From: a phage | DNA: 64,000 bases | Reading direction: 5' to 3' (one strand) | Assembly: GCA_029945195.1 (NCBI GenBank) | Contig: GCA_029945195.1_4117.1 | Shown here: positions 20,038 to 30,007 of the stretch, in pieces | Numbering within the stretch: the stretch's first letter is position 1 | How the letters are laid out: the number at the start of each line of letters is the position of its first letter | The notes under the pieces: generated by a model | The model's input: the letters and a program-made list of their open reading frames with translations, nothing else | The model's database searches: none | Told to the model about the DNA's origin: nothing | Made by a program: the position numbers and the translations under genes

Positions 20038-23000
20038 TTAAGCAGTACGTTGTGCAATAAACATATCTGTTACTGGACTCACACCGTCATAAATGACTTG
20101 GTAGATAGTTACAGAGTTTGCAGTTTTGTTCAGTGTGCCATCAACAACCGCATAAGTACCATCAGTAGTAAAGTTTCTATTACCTGTTGCATCTTGTTTC
20201 ACATAAATGTATACTGAAGATGCTTTACCACCACCGATTAGACCAGTGATTGGTGCTAGAGTGGTATCTTGATCTAGAGTGATAAAGTATACGTTGCTAG
20301 TACCGTCTGGGGTCCAAGTACCAGTTGGTGCGATAACAGAAGAAGTTACTTGATTAGGAATAACATCATATTTTTTAGTAGTTACTGTTGTAGTAGTTAG
20401 GTCAGCATTAGTAGTTGTTAATTGACCAGTTACAGTTACATCTTTATCAAATACTGCATTTTCTTTGAAAGAAGATGTTGCATTGACAGTTAATGTATCA
20501 GCAGCAGCGTCACCTAAAACAACACTACCATTTGCAGTCATTAAACCAGTAACAGTTAAAGTACCACCGATTGTTGCTGCTCCAGTAACAGATGCACTAG
20601 CAAGTGTTGCTGCACCAGAAGTAGTAATGGTAGTTACTGAAGTTGCTGCTAGGGTTGCAGTACCTGTTGCAGAAATATCACCACCAACAGTTAGGTTACC
20701 AGAAGTAATTCCAACGGTTCCAGTAATGTTAGCACCACTTGACATTGTTACTGCACCACCAAATGAACCAGTAGTAGTTACTTCAAGGGTGTTCCCTTTT
20801 AGTAGACCAGTTGCAGTAATACTTGTACCTGCGGTAATACTAGTACCAGCAGCAACACTGTTGGTTGCAGTTAATGATTTAACAGCCACGTCAGAGTTTG
20901 CTTGGTTTAGTGTTGCGTTAAGTAGACCAGTTACTGTAAAGTTACCGTTGTTAACTACGTTACCATTGATTGTTAAGTTGTTGTTTTGTGAACCAACATC
21001 ACCAATAGTTGCTGATTTGGAAATCAACTCTGCACCAGAAGTAATATTACCCGCTGCACTAATAGTGTCCGCCGCAACAACTGCATAAGGTTCAATTGTT
21101 TGACCACTAACGTCAATATCAGCGTTGATACCACCATCTACACGCAAGGAGCCAGCAATGTAAGTATTAGGGAAAATCTGAACTGTCTCTGGTTGATCGC
21201 CAATTTTAGTACCGATAATAACATCAGCACCAGTTTTAACTGCACCAGAGGTTGTTAGAGAACCTAAAGTTGTAGCACCAGTTACACCTAATGTACCACC
21301 AATTGTTGCGTTATTAGTAACTGCTAACGCAGCACCTTCACCATTAAGAGCGATTGATGGAGCAGATACTGCACCAGTTACGCCTAATGTGCCACCAATT
21401 GTTGCGTTGCCATCTGAATGTAGAGTTGTAGCTACAGAAAGACTGTTAGCAACTACATCAGTACTAGCTAAATCCAATGCACCTGGGGTTAATGTACCAG
21501 TAATGTTAACATTATTACCAAAGGTCGCTGCACCAGTCACATCTAGTGTAGTACTAAATGTACCAGATGTTGCAGAGATTGCACCTGAATCTAGTGATCC
21601 AACAGTTGCTTTACCAGTTACACCTAAAGTTCCACCAACAGTTCCATTTGTGGTTACATCCAATGTACCAGTACTTAGTTCTTGTGCGGTTACCTTACCG
21701 GATGCAGTAACAGTTGAAGTGGAAACACCACCAGTTAGAGTACTAGCACCAGTAACACTTAATGTGGTTGCCGCAGTTACGCTATTCACACTAAGATCAG
21801 CACCGGATAAGTCCAAACCACCTTCAGGAACAAATACACCCTTAACAGTTAGTTTTTGTACTGTACTATCACCTGTTACATCCAATGTAGAAGCAGTTAA
21901 ACCACCATTCATACTTGCTGCACCAGTAACACCTAGTGTAGTGGTTACAGTAGCACTATTAAGTGTTGAGCTACCAGAAATATTAGCACTAGAAGCAGTA
22001 ATAGTTCCAGAATCAACTTGTATACCACCAGCAACAACCTGAATTCCACCAGCATTAACTGTTAGTTTACCAGCAGTATTCAATGTATTTGAAACTGTTG
22101 TTGCACCAGTTAAAGTTGTAGTGCCAGTTACACCTAAGTTACCAGAAATAGATGGACTACCTGTAATGTTACCAGTAGTTAGTATCAAATCAGTACCTAC
22201 GGTAGTGGAGCCAGTACTTTCTAGTGTTACACCGACGATGTTTGCAGAACTTAGGTTAATAGTACCATCAACAGTTAAGTTACCTTGAACGGTTGCATCA
22301 CCTAGAGAAGTTAATGTCTTCACAGACACATCAGTTGTGCTAAGATCAATAACACCCGCAGTTAGTGTTCCAGATACTGCTAAATTACCAGTAATCGCGG
22401 TATTTTTAGTAATGGATACATTTTCTGCCGCTGAAGTAATAGAACCAACAGTAAGTACACCACCAACAGTTGCGTTATTAGTTACATTTAGAGCAGTTCC
22501 AACACCAGATAGTGTTGCTGACCCACCAGTAATTGCACCTGAGATTGAAGCTGTTGCTGCTGAAACATCACCAGAAACTACTGCATTTGTTGCATTTAGA
22601 GCAGACACAGTAACTTCAGTACTTTGAACTTTAGGTAGAACGTTGATACCTTCTGCACTACTAACTGTAATAATACCAGTACTTGTTAGAGATTTAACAG
22701 ATACATCAGCACCACTTAAATCAACTGTACCAGAAACAACAAGATCTCCACCAATATTTGCTCCAGCGGTAGTAGTAATGGATTTTGCACTTACATCAGT
22801 TGTGCTCAAATCAATTGCACCTGGTGTTACTGTACCAGAAACTGTTAGGTCACCAGTAATAGATGTATTATTGGAAATAGATACACCATCAACGTTACTA
22901 ATTGTTGGGGTTTCTACAGAAACTGCTTTAACTTTACCTGAAGAAGTTACGTCAGCTACGGTAGATGCACCAGTAACATTCAAATTAGTAATATTTGCAG

Positions 23001-25563
23001 TTGTTGAACCAAGGGTTGCAATAGTTGCATCAGTACTTTGAAGTTTAGGTAGAACACTACTAATTGTGGATTCATTACTAACAATTGCACCAGTACTAGT
23101 TAAAGATTTGACAGTAACATCAGCCGTAGTAAGATCTACTGTACCATTAACAGTTAGGTTACCACCAATAGTTGCACCAGCAGTAGTAGTAATGGATTTA
23201 GCATTAACATCAGTTGTTGCTAGATCGATAGAGCCTGGAATAACTGCACCAGTAACAGTTAGGTCACCAGTTACATTTGTATTATTGGAAATAGTGACAC
23301 CACTTGCATTTGAAATGGTTGGGGTAACCAACGATGCAGTTGTAGTTTCACCAGTTACAGTTAAAGTTGACCCAACTAGAACAGATGAGCTTGAGTAAAT
23401 TGTACCCAAATTAGCAGATCCGGTAACAGTTATATCATCAGCATTAACAGTAGTTGCCGTTATGGTAGTACTATTAAGTACTGGAAGTACGTTAGCATTA
23501 ACAAGATCATTACTTTTAACAATACCAGAAGTAGTTAATGATTTAACATTAAGGTCGGCTGCTGATAAATCAAAAGAGCCTTGAACTACTAAATCACCAC
23601 CAATAGTTGCACCAGCAGTAGTAGTGATTGATTTAGCATTAATATCGGTAGTGCTCAAGTCTAGAGAACCAACAGTTAAGCTACCAGTAATATCAACATT
23701 TTCTGTAAAGTTAGTATTACCACTAATAGTTGGTGCAGTCAGAGTTGTTGCACTAATATTAGTACCGTTAATTGTTTGCCCACTTACAGTTCCACTCGCA
23801 GTGATAGTAGGGGCCGTTACTTCAGTAGATGCACTAATTGTTGGTGCAGATACAGAAGTTGTACCAGTAATAGAACCAGAACTTACTGAACCAGCGGATA
23901 ATGCACCAGAAAGAGTTGCAGTTGTACCAGCAATATCACCAGTAACAGTTAGTTTAGCACCCACGGTAGTGTTACCAGTACTTTCAAGTGTTGCACCTTT
24001 AATATTTGCTGCCGCGACAACAGAATTAGGTGTTAGATCCTGCCCACTAACATCAACAGTTAGTCCAGTTACTGTTCCAGTAAATTCAACATCATTAAGA
24101 ATTGCTTTACCACCAACTTGTAGGAATGGTGTACCTGGAGCTTGTGTTTCGTTACCAGTAATAGTTAGGTAATCTAGTTTGTTTAGACCGTTACCAGTAA
24201 TACCATAAGTGGAAAGAGAAGCGTTACCGAAAGTTGCTGTTTTAAGAACGTTCAATGTAGAAGGAGAAACGACTTCTGATTGAACTTCGTTAGGTAGAAT
24301 AACTGTTGGGCGTTGACCTGGTGCAGTATATCCAAAACCTAGTTTCACTGCCGCATCTTGACTATTTTGACCTAAGCTGATAGCTTTAAAGGATGCAGTA
24401 CTGTTATAACCAGTAATATTAGAACCAAGAGTAACACCACCAACTAATGAAGTTACACCAGTAACGTTCAAAGATACTGCATTAATATCGTCTAGTTGGA
24501 ACGTTCCACCAAGAAGACCAGAAACATTAATGTTATTAAAATTAGCAGTACCAGTACTTTCGATATTTGGAATAGTTGCAGTTCCGGTTACTTCAAAGTC
24601 AGCAACTTTAGTTTTTCCTTTTTGAACTTCTAATAGTGGTGTGTCTGGTGATTGTGTATTGTTACCAGAAACTGTTAGATAATCTAATTTGTTTAGACCA
24701 TTACCAGTAATACCATAAGAAGATAATGACGCATTACCAAAAGAAGCAGAGGTCAATACTGTCAAGTTTGCAGGTGACATTAGCTCGGACTGAATTTCGT
24801 TTTGTAGAATAACAGTTGGGCGTTTACCAGGAGCAGTGTAAGGGAAGCTTAATCTGAAGGTTTGTGATTCAGAGTTAGAACCAATACGAATGTCTTTAAA
24901 AGTAGCAGTACTGTTAATACCAGTTACGTTAGCACCGAAAGTTACTGCACCTTGTTGGTTAGATGCACCAGTAACGTTCAATGTTACTGCATTTAAGTCA
25001 GATAGATTAAACTCACCACCAAGTGTACCACTAATTGTCACATCGTTAAATGTAGCAGTACCAGTACTACTAATATCTGTTGTACTTACATTAGTAATTT
25101 CTGCGGTATTAGCAGTAATTTTATCAAATGCAGCAGTAGTCCCAACATCAGCAGTAATATTACCTTTAAATGCTGTTGTTTCAGCAACTTCTAAGTTTTT
25201 AACTTTAGTTGCTTGTAGAGTGGTTGTACCAGCAGTTTGTGTAAAATCAGAACCAACTGATACAGTACCGTTAAAGGTAGCGTTTGAATTAATTGTTGCT
25301 GTATCAGACCCGACAACTGCACTACCGATTGTAGTATTACCCTCAACACCAAGACCACCAGAAAGTGTTGCTTTGCCACCTACATCTAAAGTAGATGTAA
25401 TGTTGGCAGTTGATGATTCAATGGCAGTAAAAGTTGCATTTGCAAAAGTTACAGTACCATTTACAGTTAGGTTATTGTTGAAAACAGCATTTCCTTTGAC
25501 TAAAAGATCCTTACCAACCGTACCAGCACCAGTAATATCTAAGTCAGTTTTTATTGAGTACAT
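20038..25563 (-). CDS. large repetitive tail fibre protein
   Basis: 1841 aa; extremely T/S/G/N/V-rich with several internal tandem repeat modules; ATG start. Confidence 0.75.
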   Translation of the reverse strand: MYSIKTDLDITGAGTVGKDLLVKGNAVFNNNLTVNGTVTFANATFTAIESSTANITSTLDVGGKATLSGGLGVEGNTTIGSAVVGSDTATINSNATFNGTVSVGSDFTQTAGTTTLQATKVKNLEVAETTAFKGNITADVGTTAAFDKITANTAEITNVSTTDISSTGTATFNDVTISGTLGGEFNLSDLNAVTLNVTGASNQQGAVTFGANVTGINSTATFKDIRIGSNSESQTFRLSFPYTAPGKRPTVILQNEIQSELMSPANLTVLTSASFGNASLSSYGITGNGLNKLDYLTVSGNNTQSPDTPLLEVQKGKTKVADFEVTGTATIPNIESTGTANFNNINVSGLLGGTFQLDDINAVSLNVTGVTSLVGGVTLGSNITGYNSTASFKAISLGQNSQDAAVKLGFGYTAPGQRPTVILPNEVQSEVVSPSTLNVLKTATFGNASLSTYGITGNGLNKLDYLTITGNETQAPGTPFLQVGGKAILNDVEFTGTVTGLTVDVSGQDLTPNSVVAAANIKGATLESTGNTTVGAKLTVTGDIAGTTATLSGALSAGSVSSGSITGTTSVSAPTISASTEVTAPTITASGTVSGQTINGTNISATTLTAPTISGNTNFTENVDITGSLTVGSLDLSTTDINAKSITTTAGATIGGDLVVQGSFDLSAADLNVKSLTTSGIVKSNDLVNANVLPVLNSTTITATTVNADDITVTGSANLGTIYSSSSVLVGSTLTVTGETTTASLVTPTISNASGVTISNNTNVTGDLTVTGAVIPGSIDLATTDVNAKSITTTAGATIGGNLTVNGTVDLTTADVTVKSLTSTGAIVSNESTISSVLPKLQSTDATIATLGSTTANITNLNVTGASTVADVTSSGKVKAVSVETPTISNVDGVSISNNTSITGDLTVSGTVTPGAIDLSTTDVSAKSITTTAGANIGGDLVVSGTVDLSGADVSVKSLTSTGIITVSSAEGINVLPKVQSTEVTVSALNATNAVVSGDVSAATASISGAITGGSATLSGVGTALNVTNNATVGGVLTVGSITSAAENVSITKNTAITGNLAVSGTLTAGVIDLSTTDVSVKTLTSLGDATVQGNLTVDGTINLSSANIVGVTLESTGSTTVGTDLILTTGNITGSPSISGNLGVTGTTTLTGATTVSNTLNTAGKLTVNAGGIQVVAGGIQVDSGTITASSANISGSSTLNSATVTTTLGVTGAASMNGGLTASTLDVTGDSTVQKLTVKGVFVPEGGLDLSGADLSVNSVTAATTLSVTGASTLTGGVSTSTVTASGKVTAQELSTGTLDVTTNGTVGGTLGVTGKATVGSLDSGAISATSGTFSTTLDVTGAATFGNNVNITGTLTPGALDLASTDVVANSLSVATTLHSDGNATIGGTLGVTGAVSAPSIALNGEGAALAVTNNATIGGTLGVTGATTLGSLTTSGAVKTGADVIIGTKIGDQPETVQIFPNTYIAGSLRVDGGINADIDVSGQTIEPYAVVAADTISAAGNITSGAELISKSATIGDVGSQNNNLTINGNVVNNGNFTVTGLLNATLNQANSDVAVKSLTATNSVAAGTSITAGTSITATGLLKGNTLEVTTTGSFGGAVTMSSGANITGTVGITSGNLTVGGDISATGTATLAATSVTTITTSGAATLASASVTGAATIGGTLTVTGLMTANGSVVLGDAAADTLTVNATSSFKENAVFDKDVTVTGQLTTTNADLTTTTVTTKKYDVIPNQVTSSVIAPTGTWTPDGTSNVYFITLDQDTTLAPITGLIGGGKASSVYIYVKQDATGNRNFTTDGTYAVVDGTLNKTANSVTIYQVIYDGVSPVTDMFIAQRTA
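22386..23766 (-). repeat. about four tandem ~390-bp (~130-aa) repeats inside the large fibre gene
   Basis: Repeated protein module (I/L)DLSTTD(V/I)(N/S)AKSITTTAGA.IGG.L.V.G..DL..AD..VKSLT..G with matching nucleotide repeats; coordinates approximate. Confidence 0.6.
24066..25056 (-). repeat. tandem duplication of a ~165-aa (~500-bp) module inside the large fibre gene
   Basis: Two consecutive segments share long identities (e.g. ...FGNASLS.YGITGNGLNKLDYLT..GN.TQ.P.TP.L); nucleotide identity visible around 24140-24300 versus 24640-24800. Confidence 0.7.
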
Positions 25564-25659
25564 TTATACCCTCCATTATAACCTTGTTAATATGTATATA
25601 TTTAGTTTTATTATGCTGTTATCCAACAATTAATATGTTATTTGACAAAAGCAAATATA

Positions 25660-25702
25660 ATAAAAACCAGACTTATTTAGAACAAGTCTGGTTAATTTTT
25701 TT
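25660..25702. terminator. bidirectional hairpin terminator between two fibre genes
   Basis: Perfect 10-bp stem aaccagactt / aagtctggtt with an A-tract on one side and a T-tract on the other. Confidence 0.65.
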
Positions 25703-26597
25703 ACTTACCAGAGATGACAATCTTACCACTGAAAGAAATATCAGAAGTGAAGATTACATCACCAGTACTACTAATTTGTGTATCAGTCACTACCAATTCA
25801 AATGGAGATGACGAAACACTCCCAGGTGTTTTATTTGCATAAATTGAAATATACAAATTATCTGGTGTTTGATTGTGTTCAGATGCAGGAATAGTGATTG
25901 TAAAATCACCATCACTAGAAACCCAATCTGCTTGGTTTACCAATTTACTATAAGGTACTGTCATTGTTGTTGCTCCTATAATGTTTACTTTAACACTTGC
26001 ATAATCTGTGATTTGACCAATCACATCAATTGTTATATCCCCAATACCACTAACTGTTACTGTGGTTTGGAATACTGATTCCAATGCAACATTACCTGGG
26101 TCACCTTGTAGTTGGATCATAATATCAGAACCTCTACCATGAACTGATTCTGGTAGTGTGTAAGTATAATGATCAGTAGTATCTGGCACTAATGTAAATG
26201 CAGAAACAGGAACTATTTCAGTAGTTACATATGAGCTATCAGTCCCAGGTGAGCTACCTTTAAATGGTTTCCAAATACCAAGATCTTTAATATAAATTTG
26301 AAGAACATTAGTACTATCAACCAAAAAGTAAACGTCACCATCTAGACCGATCGAATCGGATGGTGCTGTTGTTCCACGTAAGATACCAGAACTACCACCA
26401 CCACTGTGTGCGTTTAAATATCCCAATGTAACCAAGTGTGTGTTTGCAGTTGGTTCACCTGCTGAAATTGGAAGAAGTTGTGTTCCTGAGTAGTTTTGAA
26501 TTTGCACAACACTACCATTTGTGGTAATCTGTGCACCATTCTTCCCAAGAATGAAGGACTTCTTCATGGTTCCTTCTAAATTAGAAAAAACTGCCAT
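25701..26597 (-). CDS. tail fibre or tailspike protein sharing an N-terminal anchor domain with the next gene
   Basis: 298 aa; N-terminus MAVFSNLEGTMKKSFILGKNGAQ collinear with MAVFSNFEGTMQPKFILGKKGAS of ORF 26614..28755; AAGGAG RBS. Confidence 0.65.
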   Translation of the reverse strand: MAVFSNLEGTMKKSFILGKNGAQITTNGSVVQIQNYSGTQLLPISAGEPTANTHLVTLGYLNAHSGGGSSGILRGTTAPSDSIGLDGDVYFLVDSTNVLQIYIKDLGIWKPFKGSSPGTDSSYVTTEIVPVSAFTLVPDTTDHYTYTLPESVHGRGSDIMIQLQGDPGNVALESVFQTTVTVSGIGDITIDVIGQITDYASVKVNIIGATTMTVPYSKLVNQADWVSSDGDFTITIPASEHNQTPDNLYISIYANKTPGSVSSSPFELVVTDTQISSTGDVIFTSDISFSGKIVISGK

Positions 26598-26613
26598 TTT
26601 AATATAATCTCCT

Positions 26614-28755
26614 TTATGGTAGGGTTATGTAAGTTACGGGTTGGGCAGCTTTTAATGCTGCACCAGCGGCAGTTGCTGTTATGATAGGATCTGCAATATC
26701 AATTCTATATACGTTGTTTACAACATACACTGCACGAGTTATATACGTTCTCAAATCACCACCATTTTCACCAGCACCGGATATAATGATCTCAGTACCA
26801 GCAGCTTTTGCATATTGGTTTTCACCCCATGACACACCCAATGCTTCTATGTATGTTTGTCCTGCTACCGTTTGTCTAATTGTGTCATATTTTCCGAAAA
26901 AAGAACCACCAACAGTTACAATATATTTTCCACCCGATTGTTTATGAATAATCGTGCCTTCAGAGAAATAGCGTCCCCCAGGAAAAGTATCGTATGGAAT
27001 ATAATATTGCTCAACTACAGGTATCAGTACTGGGCCACGGTGTCCTGTACCATCGATTGCAGTTGTAACTTTAAAGTTATTAGATGATTGGTCTATTCTG
27101 TCTACATACATTTTAGAAAAACTATATTTTGAAACATTACAATCATCTTGAACAACACAGTTAGTCCAATTAGTATAAGTATATTTAGAGCGAGTATAGA
27201 TACCACCACCTTCGCCTTCGGTAGAGAGGTGTTGACCAATTACATCTAATTCTTTAGTTCTAATATCACTAAATTTAGATGATGATGGCAAACCACGCCA
27301 AAGGATTTTAGAACAGGTGATATTGCTCAATTCTGTATTATTTAACCAATTATCAGAACCGGAAGTATAAACAAGTATAGAAGACTCTGGAATATAGAGA
27401 TTAGAAATTTTAAAGTTTCTAGGTGGTCCAGCAAAACGACCAGAAGTTACACCCCAGTTTATTGAAACCATTCTATTTGTGATAGAAGGATCATTAAGCA
27501 AATGACCAGTCAACCCATCAATAATGAATTCTTTCGAACCATAAGTTATAACACCAGCAGTGGTTAATCCAGTACCAACAGAAACTAAAGATGATGGATA
27601 AACTTCATTATTAAGTATTTTAAAGTCCATTCCTAATTCAACGTGGATACATTGTCTAACATTATATAGTCTGTTATTTTTAATAACAAAGTTTCTGACA
27701 TATTGTGTATCTGGTGCATCTAAACCATAAGGACCAGAACCAGCAACGCCAATACCAATGCCCCAGTTTGAAAGTGGGATTGGAGCGTTAGAACCATCAA
27801 CGTTTTCAATTACGTTTCCTTCAATCACAAAACCATCAGGATAATGTGAGTTAATTACGTTTAGTTCAATTGCATCACCATATATATCATGTATGTGGTT
27901 ATATGAATATCTACCAACCTTCATTTTCTCACCAGTACCTTGTTGAAGAACACCATACTTACATTGGGTCATTTCATTAAAGCAAAAATCTATTGTTCCT
28001 GGTTGTGTCATACCTTGCATTAAAAATGCAGCAGTACTTGTGATGTTTATAAATTTATTAAAATAAAACTTACCATCGCCACCGAAGAATTTTAAATAAC
28101 ATCCAGTAAGTGTTGCAAATTGTATTTGGGAATTAATAACGGATACCATAGTACCACCATTACCAGTAATAGTTCCCCCAAACCAAGTTACATCTTCCAG
28201 GTATATTGCAGTTTTGATACGGTAATTACCACCAGCCTGAATTTGGATTTTATTTTCTTTAGCATAAGCAGCACATAAATTTACAGCAGCAGTGTCATCA
28301 GTTTCGCCATCACCTTTAGCACCAAATTCTTCTGGTGTTATATAAAACTGGGCCTGTTGAACTGTACCTCCAGTAATAAGTCCGATGAAATCGCCACCAT
28401 TTTTACTGGATATAACTTTTTTATTAATGTATAATGATTTTACCCATGTGCCATTACTTTTTGCAAAAATATCAACAATACCATCTTCATCAATTTGAAA
28501 ATACGTATTATTGTTCTTTCCTACATCATCGGTAGGGGGTACAACACCAAATAATGCATTAGGGTTATCTTCAAGATATTTTACGTTAACTGCTGAATTA
28601 GGGTCAGATGAAGTTCCTACCTTCAGTGGTAGGAACTGTTCTCCTAGATAATCTTTTATAGAAACTGAATCATTGATAAAATTTATTGAAGCACCTTTTT
28701 TCCCCAATATGAATTTGGGCTGCATAGTTCCTTCAAAATTAGAAAATACTGCCAT
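26614..28755 (-). CDS. tailspike with pectate-lyase-like beta-helix (putative polysaccharide depolymerase)
   Basis: 713 aa; shared N-terminal anchor; EEFGAKGDGETDDTAAVNL motif characteristic of pectate-lyase-superfamily phage depolymerases; GGGAGGA RBS. Confidence 0.75.
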   Translation of the reverse strand: MAVFSNFEGTMQPKFILGKKGASINFINDSVSIKDYLGEQFLPLKVGTSSDPNSAVNVKYLEDNPNALFGVVPPTDDVGKNNNTYFQIDEDGIVDIFAKSNGTWVKSLYINKKVISSKNGGDFIGLITGGTVQQAQFYITPEEFGAKGDGETDDTAAVNLCAAYAKENKIQIQAGGNYRIKTAIYLEDVTWFGGTITGNGGTMVSVINSQIQFATLTGCYLKFFGGDGKFYFNKFINITSTAAFLMQGMTQPGTIDFCFNEMTQCKYGVLQQGTGEKMKVGRYSYNHIHDIYGDAIELNVINSHYPDGFVIEGNVIENVDGSNAPIPLSNWGIGIGVAGSGPYGLDAPDTQYVRNFVIKNNRLYNVRQCIHVELGMDFKILNNEVYPSSLVSVGTGLTTAGVITYGSKEFIIDGLTGHLLNDPSITNRMVSINWGVTSGRFAGPPRNFKISNLYIPESSILVYTSGSDNWLNNTELSNITCSKILWRGLPSSSKFSDIRTKELDVIGQHLSTEGEGGGIYTRSKYTYTNWTNCVVQDDCNVSKYSFSKMYVDRIDQSSNNFKVTTAIDGTGHRGPVLIPVVEQYYIPYDTFPGGRYFSEGTIIHKQSGGKYIVTVGGSFFGKYDTIRQTVAGQTYIEALGVSWGENQYAKAAGTEIIISGAGENGGDLRTYITRAVYVVNNVYRIDIADPIITATAAGAALKAAQPVTYITLP

Positions 28756-28769
28756 TATGACATCCTCCC

Positions 28770-29897
28770 TTAAATATTATCTTGAATCGGTTGGATAGGA
28801 GCTTGCCATGAAAGAGTACAAATAATTTCCATTTTTCCATAAGGACTGTTGTTAACAGAATCGTTGAATACACATGAAATAATTTCATCAACATCGGATG
28901 CTGCATGATTAGTTTCATTAACAATAAAACGCATCTGACGATTGATATCAAAGTAGGAAGTTGGTGCAATTACAGTCCCACCAATATCTTCTTGTGCTTC
29001 ACCACCAAAACGTACAAACATATCAGTTACAGGAAGAGAATAAGGTTGTATAACGTTTACATCAATATTAGAAACTACATATCCAGCAGGACACGTACCA
29101 ATAACTAATAGTGCGTTAGTCCATGAGCTATCTATTGTATTTCTAATAGAAATTGTATCTTTACCTGGTGCACCTGGTTCGCCTTGTATACCTTGAATAC
29201 CTTGCTGACCTTCTTTACCACGGAATAGAATACCCTCACTCCACTCTTTTGCAGGAGGGGTAGTTGTAGTTACTTCATCAACATAATATAGTTTTCCATC
29301 AGTGTTGTTATAAAAACAATAATCAACTGGAAGATTTTCAATACTTGGAAATTGATCACCACTGCTATCAATATGGAAACGACCACGCGGACCTTGTTCA
29401 CCACGGAAAGGTATACCATCACTCCAAGTAGCAGTTACACTTTGATAGAAATAAAGTTTACCATCTTGAGTATTATAAAATGTATAGTTATCAAAAAGAC
29501 CAGTTGTTGGGAAAGTAGTTCCAGCACTATCAATGTGGAACGGCTTACCCGCTTCACCCGTATCACCTTTACCAAACTCAACACTAATCCATGTACTTGT
29601 CGGATCTTGTGCATCATTTGATTTAAAGTATAGAGTACTGGTATTGTTAGCCAAGCTTAAGTAGCACCACCCAAGTGGTTCACCAACTTTAAATTGTTCG
29701 GAAGGAATTTCAAAACCAATCTCATTAGGATAAAAGTTTTTACCATTCTCGCCATTCTGTCCTACAACAAGACCTAAATCTTGAATTGTGTTATCTGCAT
29801 AGGTTACAATTAAATGCCCAGCACCATTAATAACTAGACTTTTGATGCCGGAGTTATTACATGAACCACTGGACCCATTGTTAAATGAAATTGTCAT
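28770..29897 (-). CDS. tail fibre protein with short collagen-like Gly-X-Y segments
   Basis: ORF track start at 29933 is a CTG; the ATG at 29897 (MTISFNNG...) has an AAGGGA RBS; contains GKEGQQGIQGIQGEPGAPGKD and shorter G-X-Y runs. Confidence 0.6.
   Translation of the reverse strand: MTISFNNGSSGSCNNSGIKSLVINGAGHLIVTYADNTIQDLGLVVGQNGENGKNFYPNEIGFEIPSEQFKVGEPLGWCYLSLANNTSTLYFKSNDAQDPTSTWISVEFGKGDTGEAGKPFHIDSAGTTFPTTGLFDNYTFYNTQDGKLYFYQSVTATWSDGIPFRGEQGPRGRFHIDSSGDQFPSIENLPVDYCFYNNTDGKLYYVDEVTTTTPPAKEWSEGILFRGKEGQQGIQGIQGEPGAPGKDTISIRNTIDSSWTNALLVIGTCPAGYVVSNIDVNVIQPYSLPVTDMFVRFGGEAQEDIGGTVIAPTSYFDINRQMRFIVNETNHAASDVDEIISCVFNDSVNNSPYGKMEIICTLSWQAPIQPIQDNI
29156..29225 (-). repeat. collagen-like Gly-X-Y tract (7 triplets) within the fibre gene
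   Basis: Encodes GKEGQQGIQGIQGEPGAPG; read directly from the reverse complement of cctggtgcacctggttcgccttgtatacc... Confidence 0.7.
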
Positions 29898-30007
29898 AAT
29901 ATTTCCCTTGTATGAGTTAATGTCATATACCAATATTTATCAGTACAAAATACATTTCGTTATCATTAATAAATAAATGAAAGTTCACTACTAAAAGGGC
30001 TTAAACA

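Noticed and set aside
14822-25056. CRISPR array
   Set aside because: The only direct repeats are in-frame coding tandem repeats (33-bp unit at 14822-14894, fibre-gene modules at 22386-25056), with no short repeat-spacer periodicity.
20465-25633. Many plus-strand ORFs (60-250 aa) in the ORF track overlapping the 1841-aa fibre gene
   Set aside because: They are antisense to a long, well-supported repetitive coding frame. Their translations are low-complexity V/A/T/P strings typical of the reverse strand of T/S/G-rich fibre genes, and they lack RBSs.
25642-25661. TTGACA and TATAAT hexamers between two fibre genes
   Set aside because: Spacer is only 8 nt and the orientation is opposite to the flanking genes, so this is a chance occurrence in AT-rich sequence.
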